This document shows, piece after piece, positions 1 through 12,260 of a stretch of 64,000 nucleotides of DNA. The translations under genes were made by a program, and so were the position numbers. The stretch is from contig CM126226.1 in assembly GCA_052327205.1 (NCBI GenBank), forward strand, positions 45,508,001-45,572,000. Direction: 5' to 3'. A model generated the notes under the pieces. That model was not told the origin of the DNA. It made no database searches and was given only the letters and a program-made list of their open reading frames with translations. Within the stretch, counting starts at the first letter, position 1, and each line of letters starts with the position of its first letter. Origin of the DNA: Somniosus microcephalus. Its lineage: Eukaryota.

Positions 1-577
1 TATCTTCTGTTACATCCCACTATGGTATTAGTTTCATTCCTTGTGTCGACTTGTTCAATACTGTAGTTTTAACACAGCCAGCCTGTCCTAATTTACTCAG
101 GGCCATTCTTAATCCTTCACTCTCACTCACTAAGAGGTTGAAATTGTGCTATGTGATATCAGTAACAAGTCGACTCATTCAGACTGAAATTACTCTGACC
201 CATATTTTAACAATAAAAGTTGAAGAAAAGAAAGAACTCATACTTGTACACTGCCTTTCAAATCCTAATGCTGACCTGTTTAAAACTCCGCTCACTGGCC
301 TGTGCCTGCCACAGCCTCCCAAGGTTCCTCTTGCATTTACCTATTTTTAAAAATATCTTCCCAAGGTTTTTGATCATGCCACCTGCATCTCTCGTACTCT
401 ACTGAAAATATAGCTCCCACAGGGTCCCATCATTTGCCTAATCTTAGCCGTGTCAGCTGCTGCAAATACTTACACCCAGTTATCATTGCCCATCAATGCA
501 GCTTTGTCGTATCCTGCAGCTCAATATGGAAAATAAGGCATTAGATCGAGCTCGTCAGACCGGTTTGGGTTCTAACC

Positions 578-855
578 AGCATTTAGGACTGAGAGGAGGA
601 GAAAATTCTTCACTCGGAGGGTGGTGAATCTTTGGAATTCTCTACCCCAGAGGGCTGTGGAGGCTCAGCCGTTGAGTACATTCAAGACAGAGAGCGATAG
701 ATTTTTTGATACTAAAGGAATCAAAGGATATGGGGATAGTGCGGAAAGTGGAGTTGAGGTAGAAGATCATTGAATGGCGGAGTAGACTTGAGTAAATTAG
801 GTAAGGGGCCATATGGCCTACTCCTGCTCCTATTTCTTATGTTCTTAGGTTCTTA
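578..855 (+). mobile_element. CR1 LINE 3' fragment
   Basis: Encodes the CR1 ORF2 C-terminus (FFTRRVVNLWNSLPQRAVEA), then the 3' UTR hairpin (ggcctactcctgctcctatttc) and a (ttcttatg)-type tail. Confidence 0.85.
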
Positions 856-892
856 TTCAGTAATAACCGCCCTTTAGCTGGTTTGTCTTATT

Positions 893-1350
893 ACATAGGA
901 ACATAGGAATTGCTAGACGAAAAAAGATCAAGGTCTATCTATTTCACCTTCTACCATCCATGGTACAATGATAATGGAGTTGTTGACTAATTGCAGCAAT
1001 CAATCTCTACCAGTTAGTCTACAACAGACCCAGACACAAGGTGAGGAAAACCATCAGTGGTGGAGAGCTTTGGGAACCAGAGGTCCAAATTCACCTGTTC
1101 CTCCCGAGCACGCTACACTCACCACACGTCATGTCTCAACTTACTCATATACTATATCCCAAAATGTTATTTTCTGAGAAATATCTGTCTAGTTTGCATT
1201 TGAATGAATCAACACTAACTGCTCCCACTGTCTCCCTCGGGAGCCTGTTCCATAGATTGATCACTCGCTCACTGAAATATTGTTTCCACAGATTCGTTTT
1301 TAATTGACCCTCCTTCAAATGCAGGCCATGTCCTCTGTTCCTTTGTTCCT
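893..1350 (-). mobile_element. CR1 LINE 3' fragment, different subfamily with longer 3' UTR
   Basis: Reverse strand reads RGHGLHLKEGQLKTNLWKQYFSERVINLWNRLPRETVGAVSVDSFKCKLDR (CR1 ORF2 end); acataggaacatagga tail at 893-909. Confidence 0.75.
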
Positions 1351-1397
1351 ATCTGTAGAAACCTTGGATAAAGGGCATAAATGACTCTCTAGACCAA

Positions 1398-1525
1398 TTC
1401 ATAGATTCATCGAATCTTACAGCACATAAGTAGGCCATTCGGCCCATCATGTCTGTGCCGGCTATTTGAAAGAGCTATCCAATTAGTCCCACGTCCCCCC
1501 TGCCCTTGCCCCATAGCCCTGCATT
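1398..1525 (-). mobile_element. CR1 3' tail
   Basis: catagattcat microsatellite tail plus ggccattcggccc motif shared with other CR1 3' ends in the window. Confidence 0.7.
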
Positions 1526-1627
1526 GTCCGTGTTTTCCGCCAATCTTCCACCAAAGTCACAGCTGGAGATCAGGAGAACCCCCGTGGAAATTACCGGCGC
1601 TAATATTGTTTAATAACGTAGGACCGT

Positions 1628-1850
1628 ACATTTATTTAGTGCCTTTAACATAGTAAACATCCCAAGGAGCTTCACAGAGGAGAGACACGCCGTGCAACAG
1701 TAGGAGTAGAACTAGGGGAAGTGACTGGTTGAAGAGAGAGGCTTTGAATGGGGAGAGAAGCACCAAGATGGAGAGGTTTAGAGAGGGAGAGTGCCAGAGC
1801 GTATGGCCGAGCGGGCTGAAGGATAACAGGTGTATCAGGATGGGTGCCTC
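1628..1850 (-). mobile_element. L2 LINE 3' fragment
   Basis: Reverse complement resembles the L2 tail at 6860-6965 (ctgtgaagc..cttgggatgtttactatgttaaaggcact..ataaatg). Confidence 0.6.
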
Positions 1851-2249
1851 CTCTTCTGAATAATAATTATTTCGCCCACACAAGTAGATAAGGTATGAAA
1901 GCAGACTTTTGGTTTCCTGTAGAGTTGTTTGCTGTTAGCAGCCGACTGCCAGTGATGACAATTTGAAATATCTGAGTCTACAAGTTAATACAGTACATGC
2001 AAACATTTCAAAAATGACCAAGCAAATTGGACCTGATTTGATGCTAATTACAAACAATGGCTAGTCATCTCCCTTAAAAAAAAAACTCTGGACTGTTTTA
2101 TGCATTGGGTTTTCCCCAGAAAGACATTAAAAATATAGCTACCCAAAGCCATATTTTAAATTACATTGGACTATCCACCTTAAACAAAAAAATACAGAAA
2201 CGTTCCTGTTTTTGACCGTGACTGAGCTCAGCTTCTCTCACACTTCCTG

Positions 2250-2480
2250 ACTACTACAGAGCAACCCATGCTGGAAATGCACATATGTGGATGTCAAGTG
2301 AGGACAGAATGGGCCTCAATTGTGATGTCCTTCGTGTGGAGCGCCCTCCTGACACTCACACGTGAATAATGACCACTTGGGTGAAGTACAGGAAGATGCC
2401 TCGTGCCCATTGATATCCACTCCAGCAAGGAGTCTTGACCAGAGGTCAGGAAGCCAGAAATTTAGTGAAAAGAAAAATGT
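2250..2480 (+). mobile_element. Degenerate tRNA-SINE body (AmnSINE2-like family)
   Basis: gctggaaa..gtgtggatgtcaagtgaggacag..cacacgtgaataatgaccacttgggtga motif recurs at 10900-11302(-), 24845-25215(-) and 27400-27640(+). Family name from memory. Confidence 0.55.
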
Positions 2481-2488
2481 AGATAACC

Positions 2489-2960
2489 AAAGGGCACAGA
2501 ATTAAAGCGATTGGCAAAAAAAAAACAGAGGCGACAGGAGGAAAAACCTTTTTTAGCAACGAGTGGTTGGGATTTGGAATGCGCTGCCTGATAGGGCGGT
2601 GGATACAGAGTCAATAGTAGCCTTCAAAAGGGAATTGGATAAATACTTGAAGGAGAAAAAATTGCAGGGATATGGGGAAAGAGCGGAGGAGTGGGACTGA
2701 CTGAATTGCTCTTTGAAAGAGCTGGCACAGGCTTGATGGGCCGAATGGCCTCCTTCTGTGCTGTACTATTCTATGATTCTATGGGTGCGAAATTTGGTTA
2801 CATCCCGTTTGGGGGCGGTGACCGAGTTGAGGTCGGACATTTAGCACCCGGTACGGGAGTACCGCCCCGGCCGCTAAATTCGGCTTACCGCTGTTAGCGC
2901 CCCCCGAAGGCACTAACGGTCGGCGCAAAGGAGATGAATTTCTAGCCCTATGATTCTAGA
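2489..2960 (+). mobile_element. CR1 3' fragment with its tail interrupted by a MITE
   Basis: RVVGIWNALPDRAVDTESIVAFKRELDKYLK motif; the (ctatgatt)n tail continues on both sides of 2783-2948. Confidence 0.8.
2783..2948. mobile_element. Non-autonomous PIF/Harbinger-like MITE
   Basis: Imperfect TIRs GGGTGCGAAATT / AATTTCTAGCCC with a 3-bp TAT duplication (2780-2782, 2949-2951); CpG-rich interior; splits the CR1 tail. Confidence 0.7.
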
Positions 2961-3325
2961 CTAGTACAAGGATTCACAAAGTAATATAACTAAACACAAG
3001 TGTAGCCATTAGTATAAATGTATAGTTTCTGTGCTACTAGCCAGGTGTCACAGCAATGAAAGCACAACACATCACTTGCTGTCCTGGACACGTGACAACT
3101 TGCCTCAAGGTTTAAATCATAACAAGCACTGTATTGTCACGTTTCATAGTTCTTCATCAAAAAAACCTGCACAACCAGTAATCAGTTGTAAATACCAATT
3201 TTAAGTAGCCACTATTATTTAGTATTACTTGCCTTGGGTGATGTACAGGAATAAACATTGTTGGCATTCATTTCTAACAAGCACTGAGTCACTGCATTGA
3301 AGCCAGGATTGTTGGAAGAAGACTC

Positions 3326-5392
3326 ATAGATTCATAGAAGATAGTAGCAGGAGTAGGCCATTCGGCCCTTCGAGCCTGCTCCGCCATTCAATGAGATCAT
3401 GGCTGATCATCCAATTTCAGTACCCTGTCCCTGCCTTCTCCCCATATCCCTTGATCCCTTTAGCCTCAAGAAATATATTCAACTCTTTCTTGAATATATT
3501 TAATGAACTGGCCTCCACCGCCCTCTGTGGCAGAGAATTCCACAGGTTCACCACTTTCTGGGTGAAGAAATTCCTCCTCATTTCAGTCCTAAATGGCTTA
3601 CCCCTTATCCTTAGACTATGACCCCTAGTTCTGGACTCCCCGACCATCAGAAACATCCTTCCTGCATCTAGTCTGTCCAGACCTGCCAGAATTTTATAGG
3701 TTTCGATGAGATCCCCTCTCAATCTTCTAAACTCCAGTGAGTATAAGCCCAATTGACACAATCTCTCCTCATACGTCATTCCTGCCATCCCAGGTGTCAG
3801 CCTGGTGAATCTTCACTGCACCCCCTCCATGGCAAGAACGTCCTTCCTCAGGTAAGGTGACCAAAACTGCACACAATACTCAAGGTGCGGTCTCACCAAG
3901 GCCCTGTACAACTGTAGCAAGACATCCTTGTTCCTGTACTTGAACCCTCTTGCTACGAAGGCCAACATACCATTCGCCTTCTTAACCGCCTGCTGCACCT
4001 GCATGCTTACCTTCAGCGACTGGTGCACAATAACACCCAGGTCTCTTTGCACTTCCCCTTTTCACAATCTATTGCCATTCAAATAATAATCTGCCTTCCT
4101 GTTTTTGCCACCAAAGTGGATAACCTCACATTTATCCACATTATAGTACATTTGCCATGTTTCTGCCCAATCACCCAACCTGTCCAAATCGTACTGGAGT
4201 TTCACGACATCCTCCTCACAGCTTAACCTCCCACCCAGCTTTGTGTCGTCTGCAAATTTGGAGATATTACATCCAATTCCCTCGTCCAGATCATTAATAT
4301 ATATTGTGAACAGCTGGGGTCCTAGGACCGATCCTTGCGGTACCCCACTAGTCACTGCCTGCCACTCGGAAAATGACCCGTTTATTCCAACTCTTTGCTT
4401 TCTGTCCGCCAACCAGTTCTCTATCCAAGTTAATACCTTGCCCCCAATCCCATGTGCCTTAATTTTGCACGCTAATCTCTTATGTGGGACCTTATCGAAA
4501 GCCTTCTGAAAGTCCAAATACACCACATCCACTGGTTCTCCCTTATCTATTTTACCAGTTACATCCTCAAAAAATTCCAGTAGATTAGTCAAGCATGATT
4601 TACCTTTTGTAAATCCATGTTGACTTTGTCCGATCCTGTCACTGCTTTCCAAGTGCTCTGCTATTACATCTTTTATAATAGACTCTAGCATTTTCCCCAT
4701 TACCGATGTCAGGCTTACCGGTCTATAATTCCCCGCTTTTTTTCTACCACCTTTTTTGAATAGTGGGGTAACATTAGCTACCCTCCAATCCATGGGTACC
4801 GTTCCAGAGTCTATCGAGTTCTGGAAGATGACCAGCAATGCATCTACTATCTCTAGGGCCACTTCCTTAAATACCCTGGGATGTAGACCATCAGGCCCTG
4901 GGGATTTATCGGCCTTCAGTCCCATCAATTTTCCTAACACCATTTCCCTACAAATACTGATTTCTTTCAGTTCCTCCCTTTCATCAGACCCTATGTTCCC
5001 CGGCATCTGTGGGAGGTTATTTGTGTCCTCCTTTGTGAAGACAGAACCACAGTATGTATTTCATTGGTCTGCCATTTCCTTGTTCCCCATTATAAATTCC
5101 CCTGATTCTGACTGTAAGGGACCTACGCTTGACTTCACCAATCTTTTTCTCTTCACATATCTATAAAAGTTTTTACAGTCAGTTTTTATGTTCCCTGAAA
5201 GCTTACTCTCATATTCTATTTTCCCTTTCTTAATTAATCCCTTTGTCCTCCTTTGTTGACTCCTAAACTGCTCCCAATCCTCAGGACTATTGCTTTTTCT
5301 AGCCAATTTATATGTCCTCTCCTTGGATCTTATGCTATCCCTAATTTCCCTTGTTAGCCATGGTTGAGTCACCTTTTTTGTTTTATTTTTAG
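3326..5392 (-). mobile_element. 5'-truncated CR1 LINE with reverse transcriptase ORF2 (three in-frame stops)
   Basis: ORFs 5061-5372, 4062-5006, 3813-4052 and 3417-3788 share one frame; RT motifs KSPGPDG, NYRPVSLTS, YLDFQKAFDKV, GVPQGSVLGP, FADD; CR1 3' UTR and catagattcatag tail at 3326. Confidence 0.95.
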
Positions 5393-6480
5393 TGGAAGAA
5401 TAAATGCCCTATAACGTAGCATACTACTTATCCTTAGCCTGGTGGAATTTAGGAAATCCAGTCAATATTACCTTTTTATTGAAAGGGTAATGCCCCACAT
5501 TATCTCTCCTCCTTCTTTCCTCTCTCTCTCTCTCAACCCTCCCTCTGCCTTCTCTTCACCCCTCCCCTCTCTCCGAGTCTTCACCCACATGACAAGAGTG
5601 ACTACACTTCAAAAGTACTTGATTGGCTTGTAAGTGCTTTGGGACCTTCAAGGATGTGAAAATCACTCCACAAATATAAGTACAGTACTTCCTTTCTTGT
5701 TTGGGAAGTTTGTAGAGTTGCTAATGGGATAGCAGAGTAGGTGAAATGGGGGGGGGCGGGGGGAAAGCAGCTTTTAGGCAATGAATAAAGTGGTATTTTG
5801 TGGGGTGGAGCGATTGACTATTGCTTTTTAATAATTGATCAAAAAGAACCTTTTGTTTAAATTCCAAAATTCAAAACTGGTCCGTGGCTGTGCATGGAGA
5901 TCCAACACCTGTAACTGACCCTGATCAGAATCTGTGTGCAATCTGTTAATCTTCAAAAAATATCTTTACTCCTAAAAATCAGCCATCTATTGTAAAGGAG
6001 CAGTTGTAGCTACAGTCCAGAGGTGGGAGCCTCCATTGTCATTTTAGTATGTTGGAACACATAGCTCATGATTATTGAAAACTGATATGTTTGATCAGAG
6101 ATTCATGCTAGGCCTCAACTTGTTCACTCTCGTATCCAGATACCTCAACAAGGACTATCTACCCTGTCCAGTGTCAGTCCATTGAACGATCCTGTTAAAT
6201 GGACAGTTATTAACCAGAATCCAGGTGCTTCTAGTAAAAGGTGGAGTGTCTCACTTTGATGTGGCTTCTGTATTGCTACAGTCGCCTGAGCTTTTGGACT
6301 TCATAAAGGAAACAAATGAAAAATGAACAGGTTTGTGACCAACTGATGGGATCGGTCTCTTCTGTCTGTTGGCTGTAAGGGTTTAGGCAATCTCACATAG
6401 AGGAAGACATAAACAGACTTGCAGAGTGGGCAGATTAATGGCAAATTAAATCAATTTAGCAAAGTGTGAGGTGGTAAACG

Positions 6481-6966
6481 AGAGCTCATCCAAAACTCAG
6501 CTGCCCTTATCCTAACTCGCACCAAGTCCGGTTCACCCATCAGTCCTGTGCTCGTTGACCTACATTGGCTCCCGATCCCGCAACGCCTCAATGTTAAATT
6601 TCTCATCCTTGTTTTCAAACCCTCCTTGGCCACGCCCTTCCCTATCTCTGTAACCTCCTCCAGCCCTACAACACTTCAAGATCTTTGCGCTCCTCCAAGT
6701 CTGGCCTCTTGCACATCCCCTTCACTCCACCATTGGCGGCCGTGCCTTCAGCTGCCTAGGCCCTAAGCTCTGAAATTCCCTCCCTCTCTGATTCTTTCCT
6801 CCTTTAACATTCTCCTTACAACCTACCTCTTTGACCAACCTTTTGGTCACTTGTCCTAATATTTTCTTATGTGGTTCAGCGTCAAATTCTGTTTGATAAT
6901 GGTCCTGTGAAGCATCTTGGGACGTTTTACTATGTTAAAGGTGTTATATAAATACAAGTTGTTGTT
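6481..6966 (+). mobile_element. L2 LINE 3' end
   Basis: ELIQNSAALILTRTKS..HQSC / LVDLHWLPIPQRLNVKFLILVFK is the L2 ORF2 C-terminus; typical tail ...tatataaatacaagttgttgtt. Confidence 0.85.
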
Positions 6967-7080
6967 CATTTTGTGAGAAGAAATAAGGATGTCACTTATT
7001 CCTTGTAAGACAAGAAACTAAATAGGGTAGAGGACCAAAAAGATCTGGAAATATAGATACATACATTGCTGAAAGTAATT

Positions 7081-9262
7081 GGGGTACGGTAGTATAGTGG
7101 TTATGTAACTGGACTAGTAATCCAGAGGCCTGGACTAATGATCCAAAGACTATGGCCTGAATTTTACCGGCGCTCAGAGTGCGGGTTTGGAGGCGGGTCC
7201 GCTGTCAAAATCACAAAGATTGGCAGCGGGTCGGTATCCCGCTGTAAACACGCCTCCTTGTCAGTTTCCCAAGTGTCAGGTCTATCATCCCTGAACAGAC
7301 CCGACACCATTGGCGGGTCAGCCAATTTAGATACTTAAAAGCTTATTAAAAGGTATTAAAGAACTATTTTCCCATGTACTTACCATTTTATCAGGTTTTC
7401 AACATGGTTCCCGGAGAGCGGCTATCACGTATGTTGGGTTCTCAATGACTGTGGATTGCTGTGAATAGGTGAAAGCTGCAAAAGTGGTCTAAAATCTATC
7501 ATTTCACAGATGTTCACTTCCCAATCTTAGAAGCTGGAGCATTAATGATTTGGAACCCACTTTTGAGCTTTATGCACTTTTGAAGTGTTTGGAGTAAACT
7601 TTCCATCCACTGTCACCTCTTTGGAACAACCTATCTCAACATTGACAGATTACTTCTGTTATCTCCACCTCACCTGCCATCTATTCCATCAGCATCGGTG
7701 CCCTTGAAAAAATATCAACTTGGTCCTCAGAATCCCAACACGATCAGCCCCAACACCAGCATCACCGGGCACACCAGCAGCACCAACATCCACACCAACC
7801 TTCTCCGCAATCAACTGATGCTGCACTGGACACAGAGCATCATCACCCGTGCACACTGCTGCTCGGGATGCCAGCGATGGACTCACCATGTCCAGATTTG
7901 CTTCATTTAACACTGTACATGCTGGCTGCCACATGATGCACCAGGTTGGCACCACACAACAACAGCACCATAAAGCATCCCTACAATGTCCAAGCCATTC
8001 CTTTCACACTCATCACTATTGGGTGGGGGGTGGGAGGGACGTTATGTCTCACCATTCACTGGAATTCTCTAAGACACTTTCAAAGGTGCACACAAATCTG
8101 CCCAAGAAGGCAAAGTGGTGACAATAAGGATTTCAATCCTTGACAACACATTAACAGAAACTTTACACGAACATTGGCTAAAACACCCAAGTGCCTACCC
8201 TTGTGTGTTGTTAGTTGGTATGGTTGGACTAGGATGAGGGTGAGTGTGAGTGGTGGCTAGTGAGATGGGGAAGTGATAATGTAGACAGAGAGGGATGTGT
8301 GGAGGTGCAAGGTAAGTTGGTGTGAGTAAGGATGTGCAGGAGTAGGGTAGGGAAGGCAGAGTGATAGGGATGTGATGAGAGGCACAGGAGGATGAGGTTG
8401 AGTGTGGCTTTGCAGTAACATTTCGTGATCTACTGAGATCATTGAAAGGTTTGCACCACTGCAGCCTGGTCCTCCTGACGATATCCCTGCTTGTGTCCTC
8501 CTGTGCAATGTGCAACCAGGCTGCGTTGGTGTCCTGGGGAGGTCTCTTCCGCCCATTGGAATGGAAGAGAACCTCCCTGCATGCTGTGACTCCCTCCATA
8601 AGCATATGGAGGGAGTCATGGGAGAGCCTGGGTGCAGCCGTGCACCTTTGTGCAGTGCTTGTCAGTGTTTGCAGCACCTCAATGCTGTAGAACACTGACA
8701 GCACAACTGTCAAAATAAATGTGGACATGGCCCCTTTAAGGAAACCGGCTGATGATGCATCATCAGATGACATCATCAGACCCGCTTCCTTTTAATTGGC
8801 CAGGAACCTCGCAGGGCGGGCTTAACAAGGCCAATCAGGGCAAAATCACTTGGAGGAGGCAGGATGAAGACGGGAGCGGAGTTTGAGGCCGCCACCTTCT
8901 CCGGCTGCACCGGACTCGCCACGGTTGCCGTAATCGCGGCCTATGAGTTAAAATCCCACCACGGCAGCTGGATTGAAATAAATAAATCTGGAATAAAAAG
9001 ATAGTATCAGTAATGGTGACCATGAAACTACTGAAATGTCGTAAAAACCCATCTGATTCACTAATGGCCTTTAGGGAAGGAAACCTGCCGTCCTTACCCT
9101 GTCAGGCCTATATGTGACTCCAGACCCACAGCAATGTGGCTGACTATTAACTGCCCTCTGAAATGGCCTAGCAAGTCACTCAGTTGTATAAAGCGATTCA
9201 CCACCACCTTCTCAAGGGCAATTAGGGATGGGCAATAAATCCCCTGAGTGAATTTTAAAAAA
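7081..9262 (+). mobile_element. tRNA-derived SINE split by a Harbinger insertion
   Basis: tRNA-like head with A box (tagtatagtgg) at 7081-7153, resuming at 8942 with B-box-like gagttaaaatccc; 3' tail caccaccttctcaagggcaattagggatgggcaataaat matches the LINE at 13612-14240. Confidence 0.8.
7154..8941 (-). mobile_element. PIF/Harbinger DNA transposon remnant with Myb/SANT-like ORF
   Basis: TAT TSD (7151-7153, 8942-8944), GGCC-ended imperfect TIRs; ORF 8195-8776(-) contains APRLSHDSLHMLMEGV..REVLF..AAWLHIAQE..RRTRLQWCKPFNDL, resembling Harbinger Myb/SANT DNA-binding proteins. Confidence 0.8.
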
Positions 9263-9364
9263 CAGTACATAAGGCGATAAAGAGTTCAAACAAAGCAGTG
9301 GGTTTCATTTCTAGAGGAATAGAACATAAAAGAAGGGAGGTAATGTTAAATTGATATCGAACTT

Positions 9365-9524
9365 TGGTTAGGCCACACTTGGAGTACTGCGCACAGTTCT
9401 GGTCTGGTTAGGCCATACTTGGAGTACTGCGCACAGTTCTGGTCTGGTTAGGCCACACTTGGAGTACTGCGCACAGTTCTGGTCTGGTTAGGCCACACTT
9501 GGAGTACTGCGCACAGTTCTGGTC
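9365..9524 (+). repeat. 40-bp tandem repeat x4 inside CR1
   Basis: Unit tggttaggccacacttggagtactgcgcacagttctggtc, four adjacent copies with one substitution (copy 2). Confidence 0.95.
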
Positions 9525-10899
9525 TTCACACTTAAAAAGGATATTGAAGTATTGGAGAAAGTGCAGAAAAGATTTACAAGGATGTTACCAGAATTGAGAA
9601 GGTGCATCTATCAGGAAGGATCGAGCAGGCTGGGGCTCGTTTCTCTGGAAAAGAGATGACTAAGGGGAGACCTGATAGAGATCTTCAAATTTATGAAAAG
9701 ATTCGATAGGGTGGATGTGGAGAAATTGATGCCACTTGTGGGTGAGTCCAGAACAATGGGGCATAAATATAAGATAGTCATTAACAGATAAAATAAAGAA
9801 TTTAGCAGAACAAAGAGTAGTGAGGATGTGAAACCCAACTGCCAGATGGAGTGGTTGAAGCACATAGCATTGACACATGTAAGGGGAGGCTCGATTCTTA
9901 TATGAAGGAGAAGGCTAGAAGAATATGGGGGCAGATGGCAAGGTATAATTAGAATGGGAGGAGGCTCATGTGGAGCATAAGCACCGGCAGAGACCAGTTG
10001 GGCCGAATGGCCTGTTTCTGTGCTGTAGATTCTACAAATGCAAGTCTCAATCCAGTTCTTGGTAGACATAACGCCCACAGCAGAAAACTACCTTTGATTC
10101 AGAACCAACAGGCAATTTTAACTGGAGAGGCCACAGCAACCTCACTCAGAGAGGTCTCAAGATGGTTGGTGTGAGAAATAGGGCAGGAACGAGTGACATT
10201 TGCACTGAGGCATACTGATGTGGTAATGGAAAGGAAGCTGGAATCTGAATGTAACCCACGCTCTACCCGACCTGGCAGTCCTTGATGCTGCTACTGGGTG
10301 CCTGAAATAGAAATGGTTCCAGTCCCCAGCACTAACATCTCTCGCCTTGATCAGATAAAAGTCAGAGGTTTAAAAAAAAACCTGGGTTGGACAAAATGAA
10401 ATTGAAATGCACTTGGAGAAAGGAGATTTGGAGAGCACTCAAAAGATACAACATTTTCATTTGCAATTTTACTCGATTTGAAGTGGTTCATGACAGCTCG
10501 ACAGTGTAGAACTGTGTATGAATTTTCTAATAAACCTCCATCAAGATGCATTTTAAAAGAATAAGGAAACAGTAGTCCTATTATTACATTTTAATACTAC
10601 TGTACAATACAGACAGTCGGGATGTTGTGCGCAGTGTCAGACTCGGCTGTATTCTGAACCCTTCACTAACACAGCAGTTGCAGATGAGGTCACTGATAAT
10701 TTCAGCTATTTTCAAATTTCTGCAAGATTGAGTGTTTTACAATAGAATGGCTTCATTGTTCAAAGCACCGTATCTCCCTACAAGGAGGACATGGGATGAA
10801 GATACAGTGCTGGCAACAGCTTAGAACTGCCACAGTATCATCTGAACCTGATGAAGCAAGGCATCACAGCTTTTCAGACCATCTAAGTCTATTTCTTCT

Positions 10900-11302
10900 C
10901 CAATTTGACCCTTCCCCACCCCCCGGGCCAAAGACACTGGTTGAGAATCCTGAAGCAGATACCTCACACAGGTGGCCATTCTCCACGTGTGAGGCTAGGG
11001 TGTTGGAGGGCTATTTAGCTTCTGAAGGGTGTCACAAGTAAGCCTGACCCTATCCTCAGCTGATGCCCACACACATGCCCTTTTTGGCAGGAGTCACTGG
11101 ATCGTAACAAGAAATGGAAACCCTGCCCGATTATCTCCCTAGCCCAGGGTGCTGAAGGCAATCGCAGCACCTGGACCACTATTCTGCTGAGATCAGTGGA
11201 AGTTAGAGCACAGACCAGGAGTTATACATGGGATCTCCATGCTCTGTATGACTCGGTTCGATACAGGACGGTATGTATTACCAACTGAGCCATTGGAGGT
11301 GC
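10900..11302 (-). mobile_element. Near full-length tRNA-SINE (AmnSINE2-like)
   Basis: Reverse strand begins ccaatggctcagttggtaa (A box), then ctggtctgtgct..ctgatctcagc..ccctgggctaggga..atccagtgac..gtgtgtggg..aatggccac. Confidence 0.65.
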
Positions 11303-11454
11303 TTTTTAATTCAATTTGTAATCATAATTGTGGAAGTATTGCTTTAACAGGATTTCCTGTTTAGTGATGTGGAGCTTACAGGGAGCAGTGCTTCAGGCAG
11401 GCTAAGCTTTGGGGGAGCCTGTTTTAGGGGCTCCACTCAAATGTTTGCATTTGG

Positions 11455-11850
11455 TTACAGCCCCTCTTCCATTATTTGAAGGGGCTGCTCCTTGATTTCT
11501 GGCTGCACTTCAGTCCCACGCTCCTGATCTTTAGTCACCCGGTGCGGAGGGGAGCGGGCAGATCAGAGGACCTCCTCGTAGGACTGCTCCTGGGCCTGGC
11601 CAAAGTGACCATTAACCGGTCCAGGCTGCGGGCGGTCGAGGGAGTCGTTCGGCCCGATTGCCTGCCTCTCTTCCGCGGCCACGTTCGCGCCTGGGTGGCC
11701 CTGGAGATGGAGCATGCGGTGTCCGCCGGCACGCTCGAGGCCTTCCGCGACCGGTGGGCGCCGCGGGGACTGGAGTGCATTAGCACCCCCGGCCAACAAA
11801 ATTTTAATTTAATTTGTTAAGTTTTATTTAAAGTTATTTTAGTTACAGTC
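11455..11850 (+). mobile_element. Tx1-type (L1 clade) non-LTR retrotransposon 3' end
   Basis: LQPLFHYLKGLLLDFWLHFSPTLLIF..LLLGLAKVTINRSR..LEMEHAVSAGTLEAFRDRWAP resembles a Tx1 ORF2 C-terminus; T-rich 3' UTR; CpG-rich, so probably young. Confidence 0.7.
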
Positions 11851-11879
11851 CATTTGTTTAATCACCCCATCAGAAAGAG

Positions 11880-12003
11880 TATACCCGGCCCAACGTTGTT
11901 CTCTGTTGTCTTTGATGGAGAGTAATATCGTGCGGGGTGTAAAACCGGCACTGCACCCGATCCCATCAGTTTCCCGATGGGCGGGTCAGGATAAAATTGC
12001 CCA
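11880..12003. mobile_element. Short MITE-like fragment
   Basis: CpG-rich, ends in gataaaattgccc (Harbinger-like TIR end); other terminus unclear. Confidence 0.4.
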
Positions 12004-12194
12004 AAGTTTTTCTACAAAGTTTCAATGATTAGAGCGCTGGCATTGGGTTAAGTCACTATTTTAAGAGCTGTATCAGGAACATCGTTAACTGAAGACTGCT
12101 GGAGTTCACGTGATCTTGGGAAATGCTGGAATTTTATCAACAAGCTCTATCTGCAACAGAGCTTGGCCAATTACGTCTTGTTTTCCACCTCGGT

Positions 12195-12260
12195 ATAATA
12201 ATAATAATAATCAACTTTATTGTCATTGTTAGTGCACAAGTGCAGTACAACGAAATGTAG
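12195..12260 (-). mobile_element. Rex1/Babar extreme 3' tail
   Basis: (aat)n + caactttattgtcattgttagtgcacaagtgcagtacaac, nearly identical to 22290-22350. Confidence 0.7.

Larger units (their letters stand above)
6405..10035 (+). mobile_element. Old CR1 LINE fragmented by nested insertions
   Basis: Collinear CR1 pieces at ~6405-6478 (LAEWAD.WQ..KCEV), 6967-7077 (HF..RNK..EDQKDL) and 9263-10035 (LVRPHLEYCAQFWS..LEKVQKRFTRMLP..SRTMGHKYK, 3' tail). Confidence 0.75.

Noticed and set aside
51-3300. Short ORFs or the 3' end of an upstream gene
   Set aside because: No recognisable protein motifs or spliced exon structure; the ORFs overlap repeats or look random.
8195-8776. Host MSANTD/NAIF1-like gene
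   Set aside because: Lies within TIR/TSD-bounded Harbinger DNA inserted in a SINE; conserved positions are decayed and the ORF runs on into low-complexity sequence.
9365-9524. CRISPR-like repeat
   Set aside because: No spacers; the unit is a piece of CR1 ORF2 (LVRPHLEYCAQFW).
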